A stretch of 64,000 nt of DNA from a virus (Duplodnaviria; Caudoviricetes). The notes below the pieces were generated by a model. The model worked only from the letters and a program-made list of their open reading frames with translations, was not told where the DNA came from and did no database searches. Positions 8,326 to 16,814 of this stretch are shown piece by piece; position 1 is the first letter of the stretch; each line of letters begins with the position of its first letter. Position numbers and translations under genes: made by a program. The DNA lies in IMG/VR virus record IMGVR_UViG_3300027804_000001, positions 96,001 to 160,000 of that record; one strand, written 5' to 3'.

Positions 8326-8907
8326 ATGAAACACACACACGAAGAAAAAATTGGTAACTACATTATTAGAATTTTCCCTGACGATTGTGGAGATAGTCCT
8401 CGTAATTGGGATAACTTAGGTACAATGGTATGTTTCCACAAACGATACGACTTAGGTGATGATAATAGTTATTGTTCAAATAACTACGATGGTTGGGATG
8501 AAATGAAAGAAGATATTATTGAAAGGGAAAATGTACACACAATTCTTCCTTTGTATTTGTACGACCACAGTGGAATTACAATTAGTACAAGTCCTTTCGG
8601 TTGTCAATGGGATAGTGGACAAGTTGGTTGGATATTTGTTTCAAAAGATAAAGTACAAAAAGAAACTCTTGATGAAACAAAGATTGAGGAATACTTGAAA
8701 GGTGAAGTTGAAACTTACGACCAATACATTAGAGGTGATGTTTATGGATACAAAGTCTATAAGGTTGAAACTTGTGATAAAGATTGTGAACACGAAGAAG
8801 AATTAGATAGTTGTTGGGGGTTTTATGGTGAAGAAGAATGTATTAGTGAAGCGAAAGGTATGGTGGAGTATTACACGAATATGCCTGAAGTAAAAGAAGT
8901 GGTTTAG
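8326..8907 (+). CDS. conserved phage hypothetical protein (acidic)
   Basis: DSPRNWDNLG...LYDHSG...WDSGQVG, a pattern recalled from phage hypotheticals. Confidence 0.85.
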   Translation: MKHTHEEKIGNYIIRIFPDDCGDSPRNWDNLGTMVCFHKRYDLGDDNSYCSNNYDGWDEMKEDIIERENVHTILPLYLYDHSGITISTSPFGCQWDSGQVGWIFVSKDKVQKETLDETKIEEYLKGEVETYDQYIRGDVYGYKVYKVETCDKDCEHEEELDSCWGFYGEEECISEAKGMVEYYTNMPEVKEVV

Positions 8908-8927
8908 TGTTTCATTTGTTAATTGAT

Positions 8928-8957
8928 AAGGGGTATCGAAAGATACCCTTTTTTTTT
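8928..8957 (+). terminator. intrinsic terminator
   Basis: AAGGGGTATC-GAAA-GATACCCTTT + T run. Confidence 0.85.
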
Positions 8958-8989
8958 ATCCTGGTTTTTATTCTGGAACAATACTGGTT

Positions 8990-9060
8990 GCACTGGTGGA
9001 ATAATGAACGGCCTGTATTACAAGGCCATTCAAATTTTCGGATTCGTCTTCTGTCCCTGA
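8990..9060. repeat. spacer 7: inverted motif pair around GTATTACA
   Basis: ATAATGAACGGC-CTGTATTACAAG-GCCATTCAAA at 9001-9033. Confidence 0.8.
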
Positions 9061-9076
9061 AAAAAATAAAAATAAA

Positions 9077-9107
9077 TTTGGTTTATATTAAAAATGTATT
9101 ACCTTTA
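9077..9107 (+). promoter_or_regulatory. Bacteroidota-type promoter (variant -7)
   Basis: TTTG-N19-TACCTTTA. Confidence 0.65.
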
Positions 9108-9131
9108 TACCACAAAACAAAACTTACAACA

Positions 9132-9353
9132 ATGGTAACAACAACACTAAACCCTATTAAACAAAAGAAATTAGTTTGGGGTAAAAAAGGAAAAGAAGTT
9201 AGCGGATGGTTAAAACTCCGTGATGGTAGTAAAACACAATTCTCTATTGATAAAGATGGTCAATGGGAACAATGGGGTAATACAAGAGATAATTTATGTG
9301 TCTCCGTACCCTTTGTTGAACAACTACGAGATTTTTTATTGTATGGTGATTAG
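9132..9353 (+). CDS. hypothetical protein, 73 aa
   Basis: Start reassigned to MVTTTL downstream of promoter. Confidence 0.8.
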   Translation: MVTTTLNPIKQKKLVWGKKGKEVSGWLKLRDGSKTQFSIDKDGQWEQWGNTRDNLCVSVPFVEQLRDFLLYGD

Positions 9354-9373
9354 GTTTAAAGGTTGGTGATTTG

Positions 9374-9406
9374 AAACCCTGATGATTTTATTGTCAGGGT
9401 TTTTTT
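9374..9406 (+). terminator. intrinsic terminator
   Basis: AAACCCTGA...TCAGGGTTT + T run. Confidence 0.8.
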
Positions 9407-9420
9407 ATTTCCACAGATTT

Positions 9421-9481
9421 TCTGCAGATCACATGTGAAAAATGAACGGCCTGAGCCATTCAAATTTTTGCCACAGGCCTG
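9421..9481. repeat. spacer 8: CTGCAGATCACATGT, motif pair with CTGA core, AGGCCT
   Basis: AATGAACGGC-CTGA-GCCATTCAA at 9441-9463. Confidence 0.85.
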
Positions 9482-9514
9482 ACGAAAAAAAAATAAAAAA
9501 AAGATTAAAAAAAA

Positions 9515-9546
9515 TTTGGAATATAATAGAATCTGTATTATATTTG
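9515..9546 (+). promoter_or_regulatory. Bacteroidota -33/-7 promoter
   Basis: TTTG...TATATTTG. Confidence 0.85.
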
Positions 9547-9571
9547 TGTCCTAAACAAAAACAAAAACAAA

Positions 9572-10015
9572 ATGGGAACAAGAAGCACTTACCGAATTAT
9601 TGAACAATGGAAAGATGACGAAACTAAAAAAGTCGAGAACAACGAACTTTGTCTAGTGTATAGGCAATATGACGGATACCCAGAAGGACACCCTTTTGAA
9701 ACCGCCGAATGGTTGGCAGGTGGTAGAGTTGTAAATGGGTTAGGACTAAGCGAAGACCAATTAGTATTCAACGGAGCAGGTTGTCTCGCAGCACAAATGA
9801 TTGCTAAATTCAAAGACGGCCCAGGTGGAACCTACATACATTCTTTGAGTAGTAGAGGCAAATGTTGGGAAGATTACCTTTACGACATTATTGTAAAGCC
9901 TGACCGAAGTATTGAATATGTGTGTTATGAGAATTATAGTGATGAACCGACCGAAATTTTTAGAGGTACACCACAAGAATTCGTAGAGAAGTATAAAGAA
10001 AAAGTTGGAGCATAA
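9572..10015 (+). CDS. conserved phage hypothetical protein (MGTRS...YDGYP type)
   Basis: MGTRSTY...VYRQYDGYPEG pattern. Confidence 0.85.
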   Translation: MGTRSTYRIIEQWKDDETKKVENNELCLVYRQYDGYPEGHPFETAEWLAGGRVVNGLGLSEDQLVFNGAGCLAAQMIAKFKDGPGGTYIHSLSSRGKCWEDYLYDIIVKPDRSIEYVCYENYSDEPTEIFRGTPQEFVEKYKEKVGA

Positions 10016-10034
10016 GGGGTTAATTGTTAAATGT

Positions 10035-10067
10035 AAAAGGGTAGGAATTTTTCCTACCTTTTTTTTT
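10035..10067 (+). terminator. intrinsic terminator
   Basis: AAGGGTAGGA...TCCTACCTTT + T run. Confidence 0.85.
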
Positions 10068-10080
10068 GTCCAAGAACCAT

Positions 10081-10145
10081 TCCCGTCTGCATCCTGACCA
10101 ATTATGTGTGGCCTGAGCCACTCATTATTTACATGTGATCAGGCA
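10081..10145. repeat. spacer 9: motif pair with CTGA core, ACATGT, TGATCA
   Basis: ATTATGTGTGGC-CTGA-GCCACTCATTAT at 10101-10128. Confidence 0.85.
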
Positions 10146-10177
10146 AAAATCTTCTCAAGAAAAAAAATAAAAATAAA

Positions 10178-10209
10178 TTTGGAATATAATGAAAATCGTA
10201 TTATATTTG
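10178..10209 (+). promoter_or_regulatory. Bacteroidota -33/-7 promoter
   Basis: TTTG-N20-TATATTTG. Confidence 0.9.
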
Positions 10210-10229
10210 TATTCTTAAAACAAACACAT

Positions 10230-10565
10230 ATGGAATTTAAAATTGTAACTTCAACACACCCCGAAGGTTTAACTTCAAAAGTAAAAGAACTAATTCAACA
10301 AGGTTGGAAACCATTAGGTGGACACTCGGTTGTGGAAACACATAGACAAAACCGATATAGTGGTTCACAACATATGGATACCCGTATTGAAGTAGAGTAC
10401 ACTATTAGTATGGTGAAAGAAACACTCAATAAAAATGTTATTGAAGTTGATGTGGCGTTTTACCACCCCAACGATGACGAAACCGAAAAGGTTTATGATG
10501 AAGAAGGTATGAGAGAAGAATTTGAATACAAATTAGATTGTTTAATTAAAAACGCTGGATTATGA
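10230..10565 (+). CDS. hypothetical protein, 111 aa
   Basis: Start reassigned to MEFKIV downstream of promoter. Confidence 0.8.
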   Translation: MEFKIVTSTHPEGLTSKVKELIQQGWKPLGGHSVVETHRQNRYSGSQHMDTRIEVEYTISMVKETLNKNVIEVDVAFYHPNDDETEKVYDEEGMREEFEYKLDCLIKNAGL

Positions 10566-10762
10566 TTATTTTATTAGAGTCAGTTGCCACGGCAATAGAT
10601 GATGAGACATTAATAACCTACGCGATGTACGAAAGTGGTAATATTGATTTGGAAAGTGGTTTACCTTTAGAGAGTTGTTCCGAAAGTTGGCAGAAATGTC
10701 TTGACGACTACGATAAGGAAATGGTTAAACATTTATTAAATGTAAAAAAATATTTAAGATGA
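10562..10762 (+). CDS. hypothetical protein
   Basis: ATGA overlap with neighbours. Confidence 0.75.
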   Translation: MIILLESVATAIDDETLITYAMYESGNIDLESGLPLESCSESWQKCLDDYDKEMVKHLLNVKKYLR

Positions 10763-10980
10763 TAAAAAGTATAGAAGAAAAAATGGGACAGCTGATGGAG
10801 ATAAATTTGACTGGCCCCGAAGGAAATGTTTTTAACTTAATTGGAGTTGGTGGTAGACTTTGTAAACTACTAAACATTAACCAAGATAAGTTTGTGAGAG
10901 AAATGATGAGTGGTGATTATAATAATGCAGTCAATACCTTTGAAAAATATTTTGGTGACTATGTTATTTTGTATAAATAA
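10759..10980 (+). CDS. conserved phage hypothetical protein
   Basis: INLTGPEGNVFNLIG pattern. Confidence 0.8.
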   Translation: MIKSIEEKMGQLMEINLTGPEGNVFNLIGVGGRLCKLLNINQDKFVREMMSGDYNNAVNTFEKYFGDYVILYK

Positions 10981-11000
10981 AAAAGTGTTATATTTGCAGT

Positions 11001-11306
11001 ATGGAAAAGTTAGTGAGGTATATTAAAAGTAAGGTTGGTGAAATTGGTTCATTTGAAACAGAGTACGCTTTGGACAAAGGAGAACTAAAATTCAAAAACG
11101 GAAAGATTGATTTTATTGGCGTAGATTTTATTAGAGTTGCGTATGACGATAATACTTCCGAGTGTATGTTCTATAATAGTTTAGACTTTGATACACTATT
11201 GGACATATTCAATGTGGTAATGATGTACACCAAGAAGTTAAAGTATTATGAGAATTATATTTTAAATAGAACAAAGTCTCCCGTATTACATGATACACAT
11301 GAATAA
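11001..11306 (+). CDS. hypothetical protein
   Basis: 101-aa ORF; TATATTTG at 10989-10996. Confidence 0.75.
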   Translation: MEKLVRYIKSKVGEIGSFETEYALDKGELKFKNGKIDFIGVDFIRVAYDDNTSECMFYNSLDFDTLLDIFNVVMMYTKKLKYYENYILNRTKSPVLHDTHE

Positions 11307-11646
11307 CGAAATAAAAAAGTTAGAGACCGAGATTTCAACTTTAAAAAAGCGACTTATGTATTTGAAGTCATTAAACATTTTAGATAAACCCACAATTAAA
11401 GATTTCAAATTTGTTGTTAATAAAAGAATGAGGACAACAAAAACCTATGGTACTCTACCTTATTATTATTACATGATGGAATTACGGAAATATAACGATT
11501 CAGGATATAGAGTTAGAATGTTAGTTACAAAAAACCATTACGAAAATATAAAGAACTCTGCCGTTCAAGAAGAACTTTTCAAAATATATAAAGAATACTT
11601 TATAGAGAAGTTGAAAAAAAGAACTAAACTTGATAAAGTGGAATAA
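11299..11646 (+). CDS. hypothetical protein, probable paralog of 18136-18477
   Basis: Both have a coiled N-terminus, LDxPTIxDFKF and YYYxMEL. Confidence 0.75.
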   Translation: MNNEIKKLETEISTLKKRLMYLKSLNILDKPTIKDFKFVVNKRMRTTKTYGTLPYYYYMMELRKYNDSGYRVRMLVTKNHYENIKNSAVQEELFKIYKEYFIEKLKKRTKLDKVE

Positions 11647-11697
11647 GTTTGTTATATTTTAGTAGTGTTCATAAGTGTTTAGTGTTTGTTTAAAGTT

Positions 11698-11727
11698 GGG
11701 GGATGATTTTTCATCCCCTTCTTTTTT
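11698..11727 (+). terminator. intrinsic terminator
   Basis: GGGGATGA-TTTT-TCATCCCC + T run. Confidence 0.8.
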
Positions 11728-11729
11728 GC

Positions 11730-11812
11730 CTGAATCTTCACCTGTGCGCTGATCATGTGATTATGAATGGCCCGAGCCATACATTATTCTGACGACGCTG
11801 CAGATCAGGGTG
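11730..11812. repeat. spacer 10: GCGC, TGATCATG, motif pair with CCGA core, CTGCAGATC
   Basis: Pair at 11760-11787. Confidence 0.85.
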
Positions 11813-11843
11813 AAAAAAATAATTTAAAAAAGATGGAATAAAA

Positions 11844-11875
11844 TTTGGATTATACATAAAACAGATTTATCTTTG
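11844..11875 (+). promoter_or_regulatory. Bacteroidota -33/-7 promoter
   Basis: TTTG-N20-TATCTTTG. Confidence 0.9.
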
Positions 11876-11896
11876 TGTAAACAAAACAATAAAACA

Positions 11897-12736
11897 ATGA
11901 TTAAAGAAACATTAGACAAAACCAATTTGAATTGGGGAGTTCGTTCGGAAACCATTACAACTGAAAGTGGTATTGTATTAGATGGATACAGAGCATTGGT
12001 ACGTGATGATAACAACACAGCACTCTCTGTAATGAGTGATAGTTATGAACCATTCCAAAATTATGACTTGGTCGAGTTGCTGGACAAAGTGTCAAATAAG
12101 ACAGGCTTAGAAGTTGCTAAAGGTGGAAGTTTTAAAGATGGTGCGAGAGTGTACATTCAATTAAAGTCGGACAACCTGAAGTTAGGGGACGACAGAATTG
12201 AAGGATATTTGACTGGCATTAATTCTTTTGATGGTAGTACTAGTTTGGCATTCGGACCTAGTAACATTACTATTAGTTGTATGAATTCATTCTTCGCAGC
12301 CTTTCGTGAAATGAACACAAAGATTCGTCACACTAAAAACATGATGATTAAAGTAGATGAAGTGTGTAGAAGTTTGGAAGGAGCACTTGTTGAGGAAAAG
12401 AAAATGTTTGATAGTATTGTTCAGTTGAGTGATATGAGGTTTGATGATTTGATGAAAGATGATGTTGTTCGTAAACTATTCGACATTAAGAAAGATGTTG
12501 ATTTGAAAGATTTGGATTCTATTCATACAACCACACGTAATAAGATTAACAGATTCTATGTTGATTTAAATGGTGAGTTACAACAGAAGGGTGATAACAT
12601 GTGGGGATTGTTTAGTGGAGTTACGAAGTACACGACACACTCTTTGGGTAAGAAAGATTCTCTTGAAACAAAGATGATGGGAGTGTATGGAAAAAGGGAA
12701 CGAGAAATTTTCAACAATATGTTGGAACTCGCGTAA
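11897..12736 (+). CDS. DUF932-like phage/plasmid protein
   Basis: LNWGV...ALVRDD...SYEPFQN...GGSFKDGARV...NSFDGSTS pattern. Confidence 0.75.
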   Translation: MIKETLDKTNLNWGVRSETITTESGIVLDGYRALVRDDNNTALSVMSDSYEPFQNYDLVELLDKVSNKTGLEVAKGGSFKDGARVYIQLKSDNLKLGDDRIEGYLTGINSFDGSTSLAFGPSNITISCMNSFFAAFREMNTKIRHTKNMMIKVDEVCRSLEGALVEEKKMFDSIVQLSDMRFDDLMKDDVVRKLFDIKKDVDLKDLDSIHTTTRNKINRFYVDLNGELQQKGDNMWGLFSGVTKYTTHSLGKKDSLETKMMGVYGKREREIFNNMLELA

Positions 12737-12761
12737 TACAAATAAGGGTAAGGATTAATAT

Positions 12762-12793
12762 AAAGCCTGGTGTTTTTACACTGGGCTTTTTTT
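12762..12793 (+). terminator. intrinsic terminator
   Basis: AAAGCCTGGTG...CACTGGGCTTT + T run. Confidence 0.85.
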
Positions 12794-12799
12794 ATGTCA

Positions 12800-12882
12800 C
12801 CACAGAATTCCCGCAGCGGGTACGAATTATGTATGGCCTGAGCCAGTCAAATTCAAAAGATCGGATTCAGGCAGATCCCTGA
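12800..12882. repeat. spacer 11: GAATTC, motif pair with CTGA core, 2x GATC
   Basis: Pair at 12826-12853. Confidence 0.85.
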
Positions 12883-12910
12883 AAAAAAAAATAAAAAAAA
12901 TTAAATAAAA

Positions 12911-12942
12911 TTTGGTGAAATGAATTTTTTATTATACATTTG
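12911..12942 (+). promoter_or_regulatory. Bacteroidota -33/-7 promoter
   Basis: TTTG-N20-TACATTTG. Confidence 0.9.
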
Positions 12943-12964
12943 TACTCACAAAACAATTATTAAA

Positions 12965-13222
12965 ATGAAAACAAAAAAGAAACACACACTCTTAAAGGGT
13001 GAAGGAGTACACCAACACACATTGTATGGTGATTTCAAAATTGGTGATGAAACCGATTTTATGGAAGTAAATGTTACAGAAGAAAGTTTATTGAAACACG
13101 AACACCCCAATGGTAATTTCGGTGAACACGAAACATTACAGATTGAGAAAGGTGATTGGGTTATGGGTAAACAAGTTGAGTTCAACCCATTTGATAGTAA
13201 GATAACAAGAATTTGGGACTAA
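12965..13222 (+). CDS. His-rich small beta-type protein (GEGxHxH...HEH...RQ/KQxE)
   Basis: Start reassigned to MKTKKK; His pattern recalled from neighbours of DUF6745-type genes. Confidence 0.75.
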   Translation: MKTKKKHTLLKGEGVHQHTLYGDFKIGDETDFMEVNVTEESLLKHEHPNGNFGEHETLQIEKGDWVMGKQVEFNPFDSKITRIWD

Positions 13223-13235
13223 TAAACAAAACAAA

Positions 13236-13634
13236 ATGGCAAACCCTTTAATACATTCAAAGTCGTCGGTAAAAAGATGGGGTGGTAAAGTAGAAGATTA
13301 CTTACCAATACACGAACTTATTGATAGTCCAAAAGCAACTATGAATAATAATAGTGCGAGATTGATGACACATAACACTTGGTTCGCATATACCATTTGT
13401 CCAAAGATATTTGGTTACAACATTACCAATAGTGATGGTAAGAGTGTTGATGTTGTTGATATTGCTATGTTACATATAGCAGAGGACTTTCGTATGAAGT
13501 TTGTTCCCACACCACAAGATTACTTAAAACATTTAGAGGTACAACCCTGGATGAATAATGGAGTAAAGGATTTGGATAACCAAGAAGCTTATACTATTGT
13601 TAAACAATTAAACGAAAGATTACATGCAAACTAA
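13236..13634 (+). CDS. DUF6915-like protein
   Basis: MANPLIHSKSSVKRWGG..EDYLPIH pattern (recalled, unverified). Confidence 0.65.
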   Translation: MANPLIHSKSSVKRWGGKVEDYLPIHELIDSPKATMNNNSARLMTHNTWFAYTICPKIFGYNITNSDGKSVDVVDIAMLHIAEDFRMKFVPTPQDYLKHLEVQPWMNNGVKDLDNQEAYTIVKQLNERLHAN

Positions 13635-14286
13635 TGAAGCAATTAAACTCTGGAAAGAGTTAGAAGTAGAGAGTGTTCTTCTTACATTCACCGCTGGTGG
13701 TGATAGTATGGGTGATATGGAATGGGAGTTGAGAGGTAAAGATGATAAGGTGTTAGATGAGAACCAAGACCTTATTGATTACTTTGACCACGAAGTTTTT
13801 AACAATGTGGACTTCTATGAAGTTTCTGATGGTCAGTATATGGGTGAGTTTGGTTCAGTTACCATTACACTTGAAGAAGATGAGGAAGAAGAAAATGGTG
13901 GAGTGTTCTTGTATGACAAAGAAGCACAGGCAGAATATGAAGAAAACTTTGGTGGTACAATGGAATTTGAATTGTCTGAAGCTGAACTTACTTTACTTAA
14001 TGAGAAAGTTGATAACATTAACGGAAGTGAGTGGGACGGCGAGAACATTAACTACAAAGATGATTGCGTTATTACCGAAGAAGAAGAAACTATTTTGAAT
14101 GACCTTATTAAAAGAATTAAGGAAGAGGCAGATAGTTTTGAGATTGATGACGCCAAAGGTGAAGAAGTTGGTGATGGTAGAAACTTTGACACTGGTGAAA
14201 ATGGTGAAGGTTGTAACATTGAAGATGGCGTATTACAAGTATATGTAAGTTCTCGTTATTATTTCACAGAAGAAGCATACGATTAA
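13624..14286 (+). CDS. very acidic protein (DUF6878-like N-terminus)
   Basis: FTAGGDS motif; about 65 D/E against about 14 K/R in 220 aa. Confidence 0.7.
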   Translation: MQTNEAIKLWKELEVESVLLTFTAGGDSMGDMEWELRGKDDKVLDENQDLIDYFDHEVFNNVDFYEVSDGQYMGEFGSVTITLEEDEEEENGGVFLYDKEAQAEYEENFGGTMEFELSEAELTLLNEKVDNINGSEWDGENINYKDDCVITEEEETILNDLIKRIKEEADSFEIDDAKGEEVGDGRNFDTGENGEGCNIEDGVLQVYVSSRYYFTEEAYD

Positions 14287-14303
14287 AAAAAAAAATAAAA
14301 AAC

Positions 14304-14984
14304 ATGAAAATAATAATTAACAACACAGAGTTTGAATACAACATTGGTTGTAAAGTAATAAAGGCAAAGTATGGTGATGATTGTCCAAAGTTTTTTAACC
14401 AACCAGAGATTTGGAATGACATTCAACCAATTACTTTCAAAGAAATAGCAAGTGAGATTAGAAACATTGAACAGAGAAGGATTGCTATTCATGCACTTGG
14501 GATAGAAAATTTGGTGAAGGAAGTGCAGCCAAATATGATTGGCTCAGAAACTTTGAGTAAGACCACAACATTTGTAACTCCTAATGGTGAATTGAAAACA
14601 ATAAAATTCAAAGACACCTACAAATTGTTTGAGGTAAGTGGTGAAGCACTTGGGTTGAATGAAAGAAACAATTACCATTATGTTCAATGTAAAGACACTT
14701 CAACCGACAGAGAGTATTTGATTTGGGTAAATGCTGCTGATGTTTATAGAACAAATAACCCAGGTCAATGGACAAGTAGTGGTGAGAATTATGGTAAGAA
14801 GATTACACCAATTCAAGCAATTGCTTGGACAATTCAAACCAACATTGGTGAACATGATATAGATAAGATAGTAAGGCAAGGTGATTGTATTCTAATTAAG
14901 AAAAAGGGAAATGTTATGTTGGAAAGTACACCACGACATTTAACCGAGAAGGAATACAAAAAATTACTTGTATTAGAAAGTTAA
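14304..14984 (+). CDS. DUF6745-like protein
   Basis: NIEQRRIAI...YVQCKDTSTDREY pattern (recalled, unverified). Confidence 0.6.
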   Translation: MKIIINNTEFEYNIGCKVIKAKYGDDCPKFFNQPEIWNDIQPITFKEIASEIRNIEQRRIAIHALGIENLVKEVQPNMIGSETLSKTTTFVTPNGELKTIKFKDTYKLFEVSGEALGLNERNNYHYVQCKDTSTDREYLIWVNAADVYRTNNPGQWTSSGENYGKKITPIQAIAWTIQTNIGEHDIDKIVRQGDCILIKKKGNVMLESTPRHLTEKEYKKLLVLES

Positions 14985-15005
14985 TAGTGTTTGAGTGTTT
15001 CCCCC

Positions 15006-15036
15006 AAGCCCCGACAGAAATGTTGGGGTTTTTTTT
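15006..15036 (+). terminator. intrinsic terminator
   Basis: AAGCCCCGACA-GAAA-TGTTGGGGTT + T run. Confidence 0.85.
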
Positions 15037-15040
15037 GCTT

Positions 15041-15122
15041 TGCCGTGCAGCTCACGCGCATGCGCCGATTATGACCGGCCCGAGCCATTCATTATCGTGG
15101 ATTATGATCACAGGTGGATCCT
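15041..15122. repeat. spacer 12: polylinker-like (GCGCATGCGC, CCGG, GGCC, TGATCA, GGATCC) with motif pair
   Basis: GATTATGACCGG-CCCGAG-CCATTCATTATC at 15067-15096. Confidence 0.85.
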
Positions 15123-15164
15123 CAAAAAAAAATTAAAAAAAAATTAAAAAAAAATTAAATAAAA

Positions 15165-15196
15165 TTTGGTGGAATGAAAATAGTGTTATATATTTG
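15165..15196 (+). promoter_or_regulatory. Bacteroidota promoter with no ORF directly downstream
   Basis: TTTG-N20-TATATTTG preceded by phased A-tracts. Confidence 0.85.
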
Positions 15197-15199
15197 TAC

Positions 15200-15255
15200 T
15201 CGAAAACAACTTTAGAGTTGTTTAACACAAATCGTGACAAAAAATCACGGTTTAC
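15200..15255 (+). ncRNA. candidate small RNA or structured leader (two hairpins)
   Basis: AAACAACT-TTAG-AGTTGTTT and CGTGA-N7-TCACG directly after a promoter. Confidence 0.3.
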
Positions 15256-15305
15256 AGATGAAAAGATTAAATTTGAAAAAAAATAAAAAAATATATGAAA
15301 AAAAG

Positions 15306-15337
15306 TTTGGTGAAATGAAATAACCTTTATACATTTG
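15306..15337 (+). promoter_or_regulatory. Bacteroidota -33/-7 promoter
   Basis: TTTG-N20-TACATTTG. Confidence 0.9.
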
Positions 15338-15371
15338 TATCGGAAACAAAATATCTTTATTATTGACCAAA

Positions 15372-15394
15372 ACGGGGACAGGTTTACTGAACAA
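15372..15394 (+). repeat. 23-bp leader element, copy 1 (copy 2 at 16873-16895)
   Basis: ACGGGGACAGGTTTACTGAACAA. Confidence 0.9.
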
Positions 15395-15405
15395 AAATAT
15401 TAGTT

Positions 15406-16152
15406 ATGAATAAGATTCAAAACGGAAAAAAAGTCGGTGAGATTTTTGAGACAAAGGATTACTCAATTTTCAAATTCCGCGATGACAACAGAGTTATTAA
15501 CAATAACCATGTTAAGAAATTAGCTAACCGAATGAAAGAGAATGGTTGGTTGGCGAGTTCAGTTGTTACTATTAATGGTAGTGGCGATGTGATTGACGGA
15601 CAACACCGAGTAAAAGGTGCAATGTCAGTAGGTGTACCTATTCGTTACAAAGTAGTAAGAGGAGCGGGTACTGATGAAATGACTTCATTAAATACACTTC
15701 AACGAAATTGGAGTCCGTTTGACCACTTACATAAATTTGTAGTTCGTGGAAACCCAAGTTACATTACATTCCAAAACTTTGTTAATGATTTCCCTGAATT
15801 CAAATATACAGAGGTTGCGATGTTTTTAAGTAACTCATTGAACTCTGTAAACAGAGATGTATTTGAAGGTGGTAGATATACCATTAAGGACGCGACTAAA
15901 GCTAGACTTTGGGCTACACAAGTTCGTTCACTTAAACCTTACTTCGCGAAGTATTACAACAAAGCGATTTTTGTAAGAGCGATGATTAAGATTATGGCGA
16001 ACAAACCTGAATTTGTGTTTGAAGAATTCTTACACAAAGTAAATTTGAGACCAGCTAATTTAGTTCCGTGTGGTACGGTTGAACAATATGTGGAAATGAT
16101 TGAGAGTATTTACAACTACCGCAGGTCAGACAAAGTGAATTTAAGATTCTAA
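15406..16152 (+). CDS. ParB/Srx N-terminal-domain protein
   Basis: NRVIN..HVKKLA..M...G...VIDGQHR. Confidence 0.75.
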   Translation: MNKIQNGKKVGEIFETKDYSIFKFRDDNRVINNNHVKKLANRMKENGWLASSVVTINGSGDVIDGQHRVKGAMSVGVPIRYKVVRGAGTDEMTSLNTLQRNWSPFDHLHKFVVRGNPSYITFQNFVNDFPEFKYTEVAMFLSNSLNSVNRDVFEGGRYTIKDATKARLWATQVRSLKPYFAKYYNKAIFVRAMIKIMANKPEFVFEEFLHKVNLRPANLVPCGTVEQYVEMIESIYNYRRSDKVNLRF

Positions 16153-16180
16153 AAGTTGGTTAATAATAGGAGAGGCGAAG

Positions 16181-16207
16181 AGGGGCACCTTATGGTGTCC
16201 CTTTTTT
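16181..16207 (+). terminator. intrinsic terminator
   Basis: AGGGGCACC-TTAT-GGTGTCCCT + T run. Confidence 0.85.
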
Positions 16208-16313
16208 ATTGTAATACAACGAGTTATGAATTGAAACTTCATCAGGGTAAATAATGACTGGCCATTTTTGTTTAACTAAATGACCAAAATATTACACAAA
16301 AAAAATATTTTTG

Positions 16314-16344
16314 TTGGTTATTAAAATATTTCGTAGTACATTTG
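16314..16344 (+). promoter_or_regulatory. Bacteroidota -33/-7 promoter
   Basis: TTG-N20-TACATTTG; motif copy upstream at 16251-16263. Confidence 0.75.
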
Positions 16345-16367
16345 CATTGAATTAAACAAACCATTAT

Positions 16368-16613
16368 ATGGAAACAGATAGTAGAAAAAATAAAGCAGAC
16401 ATGATTAACTTGATTGACAAATCAAATAAAATGTATGTTAAGATTAAGTTGAGTGACAACAGAAAGTATTGGGAAAGATGGGTGTCATTCAATAAAAGAA
16501 AATGGGAAATGGATTCCAAACTAAAAACATTAGAGGAAGTTTTAAAGTCCCAGCAAGACATCATAGATAACAACTATAGAAGTTTCTATGATTTAGTCAC
16601 AACAAAAAAGTAG
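16368..16613 (+). CDS. hypothetical protein
   Basis: 81-aa ORF between promoter and terminator. Confidence 0.8.
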   Translation: METDSRKNKADMINLIDKSNKMYVKIKLSDNRKYWERWVSFNKRKWEMDSKLKTLEEVLKSQQDIIDNNYRSFYDLVTTKK

Positions 16614-16667
16614 TTCCGGTGTTTTAATAATAGTTTTGTTAGAAGGGTTAGTAAGTTTTGTTCCCAC

Positions 16668-16695
16668 AACCCCACGAGAAATCGTGGGGTTTTTT
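16668..16695 (+). terminator. intrinsic terminator
   Basis: AACCCCACGA-GAAA-TCGTGGGGTT + T run. Confidence 0.85.
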
Positions 16696-16697
16696 AT

Positions 16698-16786
16698 TGC
16701 TGTGCAGTCGAAGTGCACAGATCACACTGTCAATTAAGACTGGCTCAGGCCATTCATAATTCCCCATCGCCGGCACAGGATCAGGA
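16698..16786. repeat. spacer 14: GTGCAC, 2x GATC, GCCGGC, motif pair with TCAG core (reversed)
   Basis: Pair at 16733-16760. Confidence 0.85.
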
Positions 16787-16814
16787 AAAAAATTTAAAAA
16801 AACTTGTCGAAAAA

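Noticed and set aside
8907-9131. Long N-terminal extensions given by the track for island genes (8907, 10104, 5329, 6101, 12920)
   Set aside because: The extensions run through terminators, spacers and promoters; the downstream ATGs fit the cassette grammar.
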